From a virus (taxonomy: Duplodnaviria; Caudoviricetes): a stretch of 46,439 nucleotides of DNA. The notes under the pieces are model-generated. The model was not told where the DNA came from, did no database searches, and saw only the letters and a program-made list of their open reading frames with translations. Each line of letters opens with the position of its first letter. Position 1 is the stretch's first letter. The position numbers were made by a program, and so were the translations under genes. This document shows, piece after piece, positions 1 through 7,653 of this stretch. The stretch is taken from positions 1 to 46,439 of the IMG/VR virus record IMGVR_UViG_3300048562_000013. The stretch is one strand, 5' to 3'.

Positions 1-92
1 TTGATTGTCGACGCGCTCGTGTTTGCGAGAGCTGCCAAGTCGCGCATCGACCAACCTTTTGTTTCCCGTAATTCTTTGATCCGGTTTTGCAT
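1..92 (-). CDS. CI-like repressor, N-terminal XRE HTH (5' part; gene runs off the window start and continues at 46439)
   Basis: Manual translation MQNRIKELRETKGWSMRDLAALANTSASTI(N) is an XRE HTH start; divergent from a Cro-like gene; joins in frame to WMERLGGIFGV at the window end. Confidence 0.85.
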   Translation of the reverse strand, partial: MQNRIKELRETKGWSMRDLAALANTSASTI

Positions 93-102
93 GCGGATTT
101 GT

Positions 103-186
103 GTGCCTGATTGAGACACGGCGTCTATCAGCGAGTTCGGCACGCGGGGCACGCAAAGAGGTTGACAAAGTGCCGAACTCCGGCAC
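103..186. promoter_or_regulatory. OR-like operators and PR promoter
   Basis: Palindrome GTGCCG-N5-CGGCAC at 170-186 just downstream of TTGACA (162-167); related sites GTGCCTGATTGAGACAC (103-119) and half-site TTCGGCAC (136-143). Confidence 0.75.
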
Positions 187-196
187 ATAGGTGGAT

Positions 197-496
197 ATGA
201 CCTTGGATGATGAGAACGACGGGCCGACGCCATGCGATCTCGAGCAATATCGCCGCGCCAATGGTTTGACTTACGAAAAGCTGCGTCAACAGCTGGGTCT
301 TTCACATAGGCGCCGCGCTATGGCTTATGCGCTCGGCGAAGTTTGGCCCGACGCCGACAAGCTTCAGCGAATCGTCGAGGGCACACAAGGCGTCGTCAGT
401 TTTGAAGGCATGGTCCGCCGCCGCTTAGCGCACCTAGCGCAAACCAGGGGCTTAACAGTTCAATCGCAGCTTCAATTCGCTGCGGCAGCGGAGTGA
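197..496 (+). CDS. Cro-like HTH transcriptional regulator
   Basis: LEQYRRANGLTYEKLRQQLG...WPDADKLQRIVEGTQGVVS matches the Cro/YdaS-like pattern; divergent from the repressor. Confidence 0.75.
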   Translation: MTLDDENDGPTPCDLEQYRRANGLTYEKLRQQLGLSHRRRAMAYALGEVWPDADKLQRIVEGTQGVVSFEGMVRRRLAHLAQTRGLTVQSQLQFAAAAE

Positions 497-511
497 TGGG
501 GATGATGGTGG

Positions 512-790
512 CTAGTTCGCAGCAACACCCGCATTCGGACCACTCTCCGCCGCTTCTGCCATTCGCAGTAACGACTGCGCAAGTGCGCGCGCTTGAGCGG
601 GCATCAGTACCGATTGAAGACGTTCTGGAGTTGTCCCGATTGACTCGGGCGAACGCCAAAATTCAAGGCATAGAACAACAGCGGTTTCGGCAAATAGGCC
701 GGTAGAATATCCGGCACACGGAAACACGACGATGTCTCCATTTTCGTGTTTGTGCCATCCGGCAAAACGATCGTCAGTTTCGTTGGTCAT
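512..790 (-). CDS. BssS-like small protein, antisense to the early-right operon
   Basis: GGAG Shine-Dalgarno upstream; FPCAGYSTG..VVLCLEFWRSPE...LQSVLMPAQARALAQSL resembles the BssS family pattern. Confidence 0.55.
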   Translation of the reverse strand: MTNETDDRFAGWHKHENGDIVVFPCAGYSTGLFAETAVVLCLEFWRSPESIGTTPERLQSVLMPAQARALAQSLLRMAEAAESGPNAGVAAN

Positions 791-969
791 GAGGTTGCTC
801 CAAACTCCTAGTGCCCGGCGATATTGCCCAACGGAGGCGCGAAATCCTCCGTTGGGCGCATCTTAGCGTGAGTCCCGCGTCCGTAGCGTTCCGTTGCGTC
901 AGTCTTCTCCCACAGGGCCGCGCCATCACCACGATTTCGGCGCGGCCCTTCACGCATGCGGAAGGGGCC

Positions 970-1350
970 ATGGGGGCATCCACACATCACGAGGGCAGCC
1001 AGGCGTTTATGAACCGCGCGCTGCATTTTGCCATCCGCGAAGTCAACGAGCGCCCGCGAGTGGTCTCGGTTCCTGCGACTTGGCTCGGATTTTATCTCGC
1101 CTATCGCGCCGGCGTGAGCTTAGGGGCAATCGCCGAGCTAGCAGAAATGCCAACCAAATACATCGCCCGGCGGATCAGAGTCACGATGGGATTGCGGGAT
1201 CTGCCGGCGGTTCGCGAGAGGATCGAGGCGCTTGTCACGGAGATGGGCCGCGTCCGGTTCGATGAGCGCGATATGGAGCCGTTTCGCTTTCCTCACCCTC
1301 TACACCTTGCCCACCAACGCGTTGTTGAGGCCGTGCCATGCAGTTCTTGA
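970..1350 (+). CDS. DnaA C-terminal (domain IV)-like HTH protein (ORF open from 811)
   Basis: FYLAYRAGVSLGAIAELAEM...RRIRVTMGLRDLPAVRERIEAL resembles Bac_DnaA_C; overlaps the dnaN start. Confidence 0.5.
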   Translation: MGASTHHEGSQAFMNRALHFAIREVNERPRVVSVPATWLGFYLAYRAGVSLGAIAELAEMPTKYIARRIRVTMGLRDLPAVRERIEALVTEMGRVRFDERDMEPFRFPHPLHLAHQRVVEAVPCSS

Positions 1351-2600
1351 TCGACCGCGACAATCTGCTTGAAGTCCTGACCAAGCTCGCCAGCATCATC
1401 GACAGCAAGGCCGGCATCCCGATCCTGAAGAACGTCTTCATGGATGTGCGGGGCACGATGATCCTCTTGCGGTCGACCGATGTCGATCTGCAGCTGACGA
1501 TCCCATGTCCGGCGGAAGTGACAGAGCAAGGGCAATTCACGGTCGATGGCCGGTTGCTCCATGATATCGTCCGCAAATGCCCGAAGGCGGGACAGATCGG
1601 CTTTACCCTCGGCGGCAAGCCCCGGCGGCGCAAAGCGGCAATCGACGATGCCGATAGGCTCCTGGTCACCAGCGGCAGGGCAGAGTTCACTCTGAACACG
1701 CTGCCGGCCGACGATTGGCCTATCATGGCGCTGCCGGCCGGCGCGGCGGAATACCGGCTCGAATGCCGCCAGTTCCGCACCCTGATCGAAAAGACCCGCT
1801 TCGCGATCTCGACTGACGAAACCCGCTACTATCTCAACGGCATCTATCTGCATGTGCTCGGCGAGCAGCTCGCCGCCGTGGCGACGGATGGCCACCGCCT
1901 GGCGCTGAAGACCATGCCGCTGCCGGCCGGCGCCGACGACATGCCGGCGCCGCAAGAGGATGACGACGGCGCCAAGCCGCGCACCAAGGATGACGGCAAG
2001 TCAACCATGCGCGGCGTGATCATTCCGCGGGATGCCGCGTCGGCGGCGCTGAAGATCCTCCCCGACAGCGAAATCGAATGCGAGTTCGCCTGCAGCGCCA
2101 ATCTGCTGAGCCTGCGGGTCGGCGAGGTCGAGATGATCTCCAAGCTCATCGATGGCACTTACCCCGATTATCTGCGGGTCATTCCGAGCCGGAGCGCCGC
2201 GCGCATGATCGCGCCGCGTGAGGCCCTCGCCCAAGCCGTGTCGCGGGTCGGCGTCGTGCTCGAGGCGCGTGATCATGCAATCCGGATCGGCTTCGAGGCG
2301 GAGCAGATCAAGCTCACGGCTCATTCGCATACCAGCGGCCATTTCGCCCGTGAGAATGTCGAGGATTGCGTTTGCGAGGGTGGCGCCCTCGAAGTCGGCC
2401 TCAACCCCCGCTACCTCGCCGAGCTGCTCGAAGCCATGGATGGGACGCAGCTCGCCATCATTCTGCAGGATGATCCCGCAAGCCCGTTGCTGTTCGAAGA
2501 GGTCGACGGCGATGGCAGCGTCCGCATGATCCTGATGCCCATGCGCGTGCCCGTGGCGGGCATGATGCCGGGCGATGAACCAAAGAAAAAGGCCGCCTGA
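1338..2600 (+). CDS. dnaN: DNA polymerase III beta sliding clamp
   Basis: IPILKNV, STDVDL, FAISTDETRYYLNGIYL, ATDGHRLA, SKLIDGTYPDYLRVIP, GLNPRYL and ILMPMR are beta-clamp motifs. Confidence 0.97.
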   Translation: MQFLIDRDNLLEVLTKLASIIDSKAGIPILKNVFMDVRGTMILLRSTDVDLQLTIPCPAEVTEQGQFTVDGRLLHDIVRKCPKAGQIGFTLGGKPRRRKAAIDDADRLLVTSGRAEFTLNTLPADDWPIMALPAGAAEYRLECRQFRTLIEKTRFAISTDETRYYLNGIYLHVLGEQLAAVATDGHRLALKTMPLPAGADDMPAPQEDDDGAKPRTKDDGKSTMRGVIIPRDAASAALKILPDSEIECEFACSANLLSLRVGEVEMISKLIDGTYPDYLRVIPSRSAARMIAPREALAQAVSRVGVVLEARDHAIRIGFEAEQIKLTAHSHTSGHFARENVEDCVCEGGALEVGLNPRYLAELLEAMDGTQLAIILQDDPASPLLFEEVDGDGSVRMILMPMRVPVAGMMPGDEPKKKAA

Positions 2601-2833
2601 ATTGCCGTTCAGCGGCCCGTTTTCGTGTCCCGTGTTGTGTGCGGTGCCTGGCAGCACTCGCGAAGTTGAGCCTCGTATCGCCTGAGATCTCCAGCGTTTC
2701 CGTGTGATCTCCAGGTGCTCAGTATCCCGACGCCAAACGCTGAAAGCCTCGCTTTCAACGAACGCTAACGCCTTGTCTGTTCATACCGGCAAGGCGGCTG
2801 ATTTGCAACGCTAAATTGCCGAAGGTGTGAACA

Positions 2834-3190
2834 ATGCCCCATTTTGGTGATGCGCCATGCGCCATGAAAGGCTGCAGCGGCAACTATCGCATCGTCTCCC
2901 GAACGAACTGGGTCAACTTCCAGAATGGCGCTCCGCTAATCGGCGGCGGCTTCTGCCCGACGTGCCGCAGATCGCAGCGCGAGCGGGAGGCGGCGGTTCA
3001 GCAGAAGCGACAGGCAGAATATGCCGCGCAGCTTGCCGACGATGCTGCCCGCGATGCGCTCATCGAAGCACTGATCGCCCGGCTCGGCCTCACCCAGAGC
3101 GATGTCGATGAGATCTACGAATTCGTCGTGCGCAAGCGAGATCGCGAGCGAGACGAGGAATATTACCGGGAGATGGGAGGCGAGGAATGA
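2834..3190 (+). CDS. Hypothetical protein with Cys pairs (possible Zn ribbon)
   Basis: CxxxxC...CPTC; SD upstream; ATGA overlap with the next gene. Confidence 0.6.
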   Translation: MPHFGDAPCAMKGCSGNYRIVSRTNWVNFQNGAPLIGGGFCPTCRRSQREREAAVQQKRQAEYAAQLADDAARDALIEALIARLGLTQSDVDEIYEFVVRKRDRERDEEYYREMGGEE

Positions 3191-3921
3191 AGCCGGACCG
3201 CTTCCGCCGCCTGATCGCGGGCGCGAGGACGAAAGACAGGCTCTTCGCTTTCCGCCGCCTGCTCAGCGCCCAAATCGCGAATGGCGACATCATCGACCAG
3301 GTCGCCGAGGATCTCGATGCGCAGATCAACGCCCGCTTGGACGAGATCGACGACCATCGCAATAGCGCCGCCGATCATTTGCCGCGCAGCATTTTCAAGC
3401 CACGGAAGCCGCAGAAAGCGCCGGACAAGCAGCAAGCCGCACGGAAGCGTCGGTTGAACAGCCTGCGCGGTGCACAGCCTTATGAACTCGCTGTGCGTCA
3501 CAGCGAGGGCAATCGTTCCGTCGCCAGCCAGATCGCCAAGCAGCATCTGGCGAAAGGTTATTGCGACCTCTCCAACGACGAGCTGGCCGCGCGGTCTGGT
3601 GTCTGCCGCAGCACCGTCCGCAACTATCGCGTCGCCGCGGTCGACGGCGGCGAGATCACGGTCATGGAGCGGCCCGTCCGCGGCTGTCCCCACGACACCA
3701 ACGTCATCCAGATCAAGTCGAAGGAGTGGCTCGACTGGCTTCGGAAATGGCGGAAACCCCAGCGTGGGATAGGGTGTAAAGGGTTCACAAAGCTAAGCCC
3801 CACGATAGGAGAAGAGATATCCAACGGTCGTTTTCCCCAGGTGGAGAACACCGGTGAAAGAGGATTTTCCCCTTCAGATCCGCCCGACTGCCGAGAGGCC
3901 TACTGCGGAGCGACGTCTTGA
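3187..3921 (+). CDS. HTH protein, putative replication initiator-like
   Basis: GYCDLSNDELAARSGVCRSTVRNY...ITVMERP...HDTNVIQI resembles HTH_36-type phage initiators; typical position. Confidence 0.55.
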   Translation: MKPDRFRRLIAGARTKDRLFAFRRLLSAQIANGDIIDQVAEDLDAQINARLDEIDDHRNSAADHLPRSIFKPRKPQKAPDKQQAARKRRLNSLRGAQPYELAVRHSEGNRSVASQIAKQHLAKGYCDLSNDELAARSGVCRSTVRNYRVAAVDGGEITVMERPVRGCPHDTNVIQIKSKEWLDWLRKWRKPQRGIGCKGFTKLSPTIGEEISNGRFPQVENTGERGFSPSDPPDCREAYCGATS

Positions 3922-4138
3922 CGGCGCGAAGGCCCTTATGCCCATCACCTACGGGCTTTCGCCCTCCGGCGCCGGGAGGGATTGAGCGGAGCCGCGCCAC
4001 GAAGGCGCGGCGAAGGCTGGTTTGCCCCAAAAGGAGCCGGGCCAGAGCCCGGCAAGGCTTGGCAATGAGGGGGTTCGTCTGTGGCGAGTCCGGTTCAGCC
4101 AACAAAGGTCGATATATCAAACAGTTGAGGAGGCGGTG

Positions 4139-4405
4139 ATGCCTCTCGAAGCTAAGCACATGGGCAAAGCCTACGGCGCCATCAAAAGCGCTCTTGGCCG
4201 CCGCGCCTGCGCTGAGGGCTGGGGCGTCGCCCTGTTCGAATACATCGCCGAGCATGGCGTCTGGCCAACCTATGACCAGGAACAGGCCCTGATCGCCCAT
4301 GCGCAGAAGATGGCCGCCCAGAGAGCCAAGCTGCCCGCCAAATTCCGCCTCCGTTTAGACAATCGCGCCGCCCGCCTCGAAAGGATCGCCCATGGCTCTG
4401 AGTGA
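4139..4405 (+). CDS. Hypothetical phage protein
   Basis: Strong GAGGAGG SD before MPLEAKHMG; coupled to the next gene. Confidence 0.6.
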   Translation: MPLEAKHMGKAYGAIKSALGRRACAEGWGVALFEYIAEHGVWPTYDQEQALIAHAQKMAAQRAKLPAKFRLRLDNRAARLERIAHGSE

Positions 4406-5210
4406 GACGTTTCCGCCGACCAGGACCGTGAACAAAACGAGAGTTTCCCGTTCCGTTCCCGCCAAGACCGTCAAAATCCCGATCACCGCGCGCGAGCTGG
4501 TGGAATGGACCTATGCCAATCAGCACGCACATCGCGGCGGCGATCCTGTCGGCGGCGGCGCGGGCATCTCGCAGACCGGCATCGTCATCGAACGCCTGCT
4601 TGGCTTCGCCGCGCTCGGTTGCCGAGTTGATGTGAGCAGCAACGCCGCCAATGTGTGGGGCGAAATGCGATGCCACGAGGACGCGGTGACCGTTCACGCG
4701 GTGATCGGCGATTTATCCGCCCGCCAGCGATTTCTCCTGATCGAGCATGGCAAATCGCGCAGCACGCCGGATCATGAGCCGAAGATCTTCCCGCTCAGCT
4801 GTGTGCCCGTTCCGGGCAAGCGCGGCGGCGAGCGTGGCATCTATCTCGGCTCCGGTCGCGACTTGGTCGGCCATGAGATCAGCTATGAGGGCGATTGGCC
4901 GAGCCGTGACATGGCTTCTGCGCATGCCGTTGCCGCCGACTCCCATATGCGCCTTTGGAGCGATCCTTCGAATTGGCCGGCGACGCGCCGTCGCCGCTCT
5001 GATCGCCCGGTTCATGCCGAGCATGAATGGTCACCATCGCCTTACCGCCGCTGTGCCGACGAGGTCCGCGAACGCGCGCACGCGGAATATCGAGCATGGT
5101 ACGAAGCGCTCTGGGCGCTGTGTGATGGCCTCGAGGCCTCTGGGCCGCGCGGTCTCAGTCGATACAGAATAAGCGATCTGGGAGCGGCCTATGAGCCGTG
5201 GCGCCAATGA
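4392..5210 (+). CDS. Conserved alphaproteobacterial phage protein at the Q (late activator) position
   Basis: RELVEWTYA...HEDAVTVHAVI...LLIEHG...YRAWYEALWAL pattern; function inferred from position only. Confidence 0.5.
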   Translation: MALSETFPPTRTVNKTRVSRSVPAKTVKIPITARELVEWTYANQHAHRGGDPVGGGAGISQTGIVIERLLGFAALGCRVDVSSNAANVWGEMRCHEDAVTVHAVIGDLSARQRFLLIEHGKSRSTPDHEPKIFPLSCVPVPGKRGGERGIYLGSGRDLVGHEISYEGDWPSRDMASAHAVAADSHMRLWSDPSNWPATRRRRSDRPVHAEHEWSPSPYRRCADEVRERAHAEYRAWYEALWALCDGLEASGPRGLSRYRISDLGAAYEPWRQ

Positions 5211-6076
5211 GCAATGTTCCAACACGGCCGGTGCTGCGGTGGTATGGCGGCAAGTGGAAGCTCGCGCCGTGGATCATCAGCCATTTTCCACCGCACAGAG
5301 TGTACGTCGAGCCCTTCGGCGGTGCCGGATCCGTACTGTTGCGCAAGCAGCGCGCAATGGCTGAGGTTTGGAACGATCTCGACGATTGGGCGGTCAATCT
5401 ATTTCGCGTGCTGCGCGATGATCTAGCATCGGCGCGGCTTGTCGATCTGCTGCGGGCGACTCCATTTGCGCGCAGCGAATTCGAGCTCGCTCGGCAGATC
5501 AGTGAGGCATCTGGCGATCCTGTCGAGATGGCGAGACTTCTTGTCGTGCGCTCGTACATGGGCTTCGGCGCCAACGCGCATAACGGTCGATCGACAGGCT
5601 TTCGCGCATCGAGCTCGAGATCCAACACTACGCCGGCCCATGATTGGGCCAATTATCCGGACGCGCTCATGCTGATCATTGATCGTCTGCGCGGCGTCAT
5701 CATTGAGAACCGCTGCGCGCGCGAGGTGATGGCTCAGCACGATGCGCCCGGCACATTGCACTATGTCGATCCGCCGTACTTGCCGGACACCCGATCTCCC
5801 TCAAATCGCTACGATCTGAAATACCGTTCGTATCGTCACGAACTGAGCGAGGCAGACCACGTTCGCCTGCTCGACATGCTCTGCGAATTGCGCGGCATGG
5901 TGGTTTTGTCCGGCTATCCCTCCAAAATCTATGATGACGCACTCATCGATTGGAGGCGCGTGGAGGTCCAGGCGCTGGCAGATGGGGCGAGGCCTCGAAC
6001 TGAGGTCCTATGGCTCAATGCGGCGTGCTGCGCCAGTCTGGAGGCTCTACAGCCCTGTTTGTTCGGAGAAATTTGA
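5207..6076 (+). CDS. DNA adenine methyltransferase (D12/Dam-like)
   Basis: LRWYGGKW, YVEPFGGAGSV, EVWNDLD, HYVDPPY, LSGY and RTEVLW motifs. Confidence 0.93.
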   Translation: MSNVPTRPVLRWYGGKWKLAPWIISHFPPHRVYVEPFGGAGSVLLRKQRAMAEVWNDLDDWAVNLFRVLRDDLASARLVDLLRATPFARSEFELARQISEASGDPVEMARLLVVRSYMGFGANAHNGRSTGFRASSSRSNTTPAHDWANYPDALMLIIDRLRGVIIENRCAREVMAQHDAPGTLHYVDPPYLPDTRSPSNRYDLKYRSYRHELSEADHVRLLDMLCELRGMVVLSGYPSKIYDDALIDWRRVEVQALADGARPRTEVLWLNAACCASLEALQPCLFGEI

Positions 6077-6106
6077 AATTCGCTATTGCGCTTAGCAGCA
6101 AATCAG

Positions 6107-6112
6107 TTGACA
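6107..6112 (+). promoter_or_regulatory. Candidate -35 box of the late (PR'-like) promoter
   Basis: TTGACA upstream of a short terminated leader and the late genes; no clear -10 box. Confidence 0.4.
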
Positions 6113-6179
6113 GATCGGCTTGCCCGAATCGCGCCCAAGGTCAGGTGGCGCATCTTCCGAACATCATCAGATCCTCGCC

Positions 6180-6205
6180 GAGCCGCTCATTCAAGCGGCT
6201 CTTTT
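6180..6205 (+). terminator. Intrinsic terminator (tR'-like)
   Basis: GAGCCGCT-cattca-AGCGGCTC followed by TTTT. Confidence 0.7.
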
Positions 6206-6238
6206 GGCATGCGAGCATCTCAACGCAAGGACTCACCC

Positions 6239-6517
6239 ATGGTCAGAGCCAAGATGAAGCTCGCCGAGATCAAGAGCTTCGCCAGCTTCAACGCGAAGGA
6301 ACTCATCTTCCGCTGCCAGTATGATCCGAGCCTTCCCGAGGATCAGCGCTTCGCGAAATACACACCGAGCGGCGAATTCCGGATGCAGTTCGACAATCCG
6401 GCCGTGCTGGACAAGCTGACGCTCGGCAATGACTACTATGTCGATTTCTCGCCGGTTCCCGAGGCCCCGGCCGTTGCCGCCGAGCCTGCTGCCGACGCCG
6501 AAGCGCACGCCGCCTAA
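6239..6517 (+). CDS. Conserved hypothetical phage protein
   Basis: MVRAKM...EDQRFAKYTPSGEFRMQFDNPAV...GNDYYVDFSP; AAGGA SD. Confidence 0.75.
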   Translation: MVRAKMKLAEIKSFASFNAKELIFRCQYDPSLPEDQRFAKYTPSGEFRMQFDNPAVLDKLTLGNDYYVDFSPVPEAPAVAAEPAADAEAHAA

Positions 6518-6569
6518 GCAGAATTCCACGGGGAGCGCCGCGGGAACTGGAAGCTGGGCGTTAAAATCG

Positions 6570-6780
6570 CGGCATTGCCGAGATGGATGTTCCCCAGGTT
6601 TCCGATTGCCCCGGCCGGGACGGAGTTCCCGGTCAGAACAGCGGCACCAATTCAGAGTAGACCGAAGCCGAGGGCGCGAAAGCGTCTCGTTGGGCGGGTT
6701 CAAGTCCCGCTGTCAGTGCAAACTGAGCTATGCCCTCCGATGGTTGCGCCGGTCGCAAGCGCTTACTCCATCGGAGGGAT
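6570..6780 (+). ncRNA. Candidate structured non-coding RNA (hairpin cluster with a tRNA T-arm-like element)
   Basis: Stems at 6613-6634, 6669-6689 (GAAA loop), 6694-6710 (GCGGG-TTCAAGT-CCCGC), 6713-6726 (GCAA loop) and 6733-6778 (11-bp perfect stem). Confidence 0.45.
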
Positions 6781-6796
6781 ATTGGATTGACCTTTC

Positions 6797-7069
6797 ATGA
6801 CCACGATCACCTTCAACGGACCTGAGAGCATCAGAGTGTCGCTGGCGCAGCTCCCTGGCATGTCCGCGACGCGGGTTTCGAGCACCAAGCCGGAGCTGAC
6901 GGCTGCGGAGTTCATGTATCTGATCCGTGTCGAGCTGGAGCATCTCACCAATCTCTCCGATGAGCAGATCGCTGCCTATACCGAGGATGAGCACGCCTGG
7001 CTGGCTTACAAGGCCGATGGCTATAGCCCGCTGGAGGCGGTGGAAGCCGATATGGAGCATTGGAGCTGA
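6797..7069 (+). CDS. Hypothetical protein
   Basis: ORF with normal phage codon usage ending YSPLEAVEADMEHWS. Confidence 0.6.
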   Translation: MTTITFNGPESIRVSLAQLPGMSATRVSSTKPELTAAEFMYLIRVELEHLTNLSDEQIAAYTEDEHAWLAYKADGYSPLEAVEADMEHWS

Positions 7070-7399
7070 TGATCAGGGTCGGGTGGCTTCCAATTGTCGC
7101 GCTGTGCGTGTCGTGCTTCGCACTAGGGTATGTCCAGTGTTCTGCGGCGGCGTTTGCCGACAAGATGGCCCGGTCTCGGGCGCTGTCTGTTCCGATCGGC
7201 GAAGGCATGCGACAGCTGCGGATGCAAATCCGGGTCACTGGCGTGGCCGCATACAAAGCGAGGATGTGGCTTGGCATCCGCCTATTACGCATCGCCTGTT
7301 GGATCATTGGCACTAGCATGGAAATAGTAGTTGATGGCAAGTCTGACGGCGACGGCGCTTAGCCCGCTGGAAGCGGTGGAAGCCGATATGGAGCATTGG
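7024..7399 (+). repeat. 40-bp direct repeat (7024-7063 and 7360-7399) flanking one gene
   Basis: TAGCCCGCTGGA(G/A)GCGGTGGAAGCCGATATGGAGCATTGG, one mismatch. Confidence 0.95.
7069..7362 (+). CDS. Hypothetical protein with a hydrophobic N-terminus
   Basis: SD supplied by the upstream repeat; ORF fills the interval between the two repeats. Confidence 0.5.
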   Translation: MIRVGWLPIVALCVSCFALGYVQCSAAAFADKMARSRALSVPIGEGMRQLRMQIRVTGVAAYKARMWLGIRLLRIACWIIGTSMEIVVDGKSDGDGA

Positions 7400-7407
7400 G
7401 ATTGAGC

Positions 7408-7653
7408 ATGGCGAAAGCGCTGTTTTGGGTCACCTGCGGGGCAGGCATCGTATTGGTGGCGCCATTGCTCGGTGTTCTTGGTGGAGCATTCTCCGGTTGG
7501 ATCGTGAGCATGTTCTTCGACCAATCGATACATGCGACGCTCGCTGCATTTGGTCTTAAGACCGATCAGCTGCCAATCTGGCAGATCGGCGCCACGCTCG
7601 GGTTCGTTGGTGGGTTCTTCCGCCCGGTGAACGGCGGCGGCAAGCGCGCGTAA
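7408..7653 (+). CDS. Small membrane protein
   Basis: Hydrophobic segments; IWQIGATLGFVGGFFR. Confidence 0.65.
   Translation: MAKALFWVTCGAGIVLVAPLLGVLGGAFSGWIVSMFFDQSIHATLAAFGLKTDQLPIWQIGATLGFVGGFFRPVNGGGKRA

Noticed and set aside
6575-6790. 71-aa ORF, or a full tRNA, in the late leader
   Set aside because: TTG start without an SD and the region is dominated by RNA stems; no acceptor stem or D-arm pairs with the T-arm
7024-7399. CRISPR mini-array (also considered for 41929-42285 and 33160-33262)
   Set aside because: Only two copies separated by whole genes (~300 bp), or very short operator-like units; no spacer-length periodicity and no cas genes
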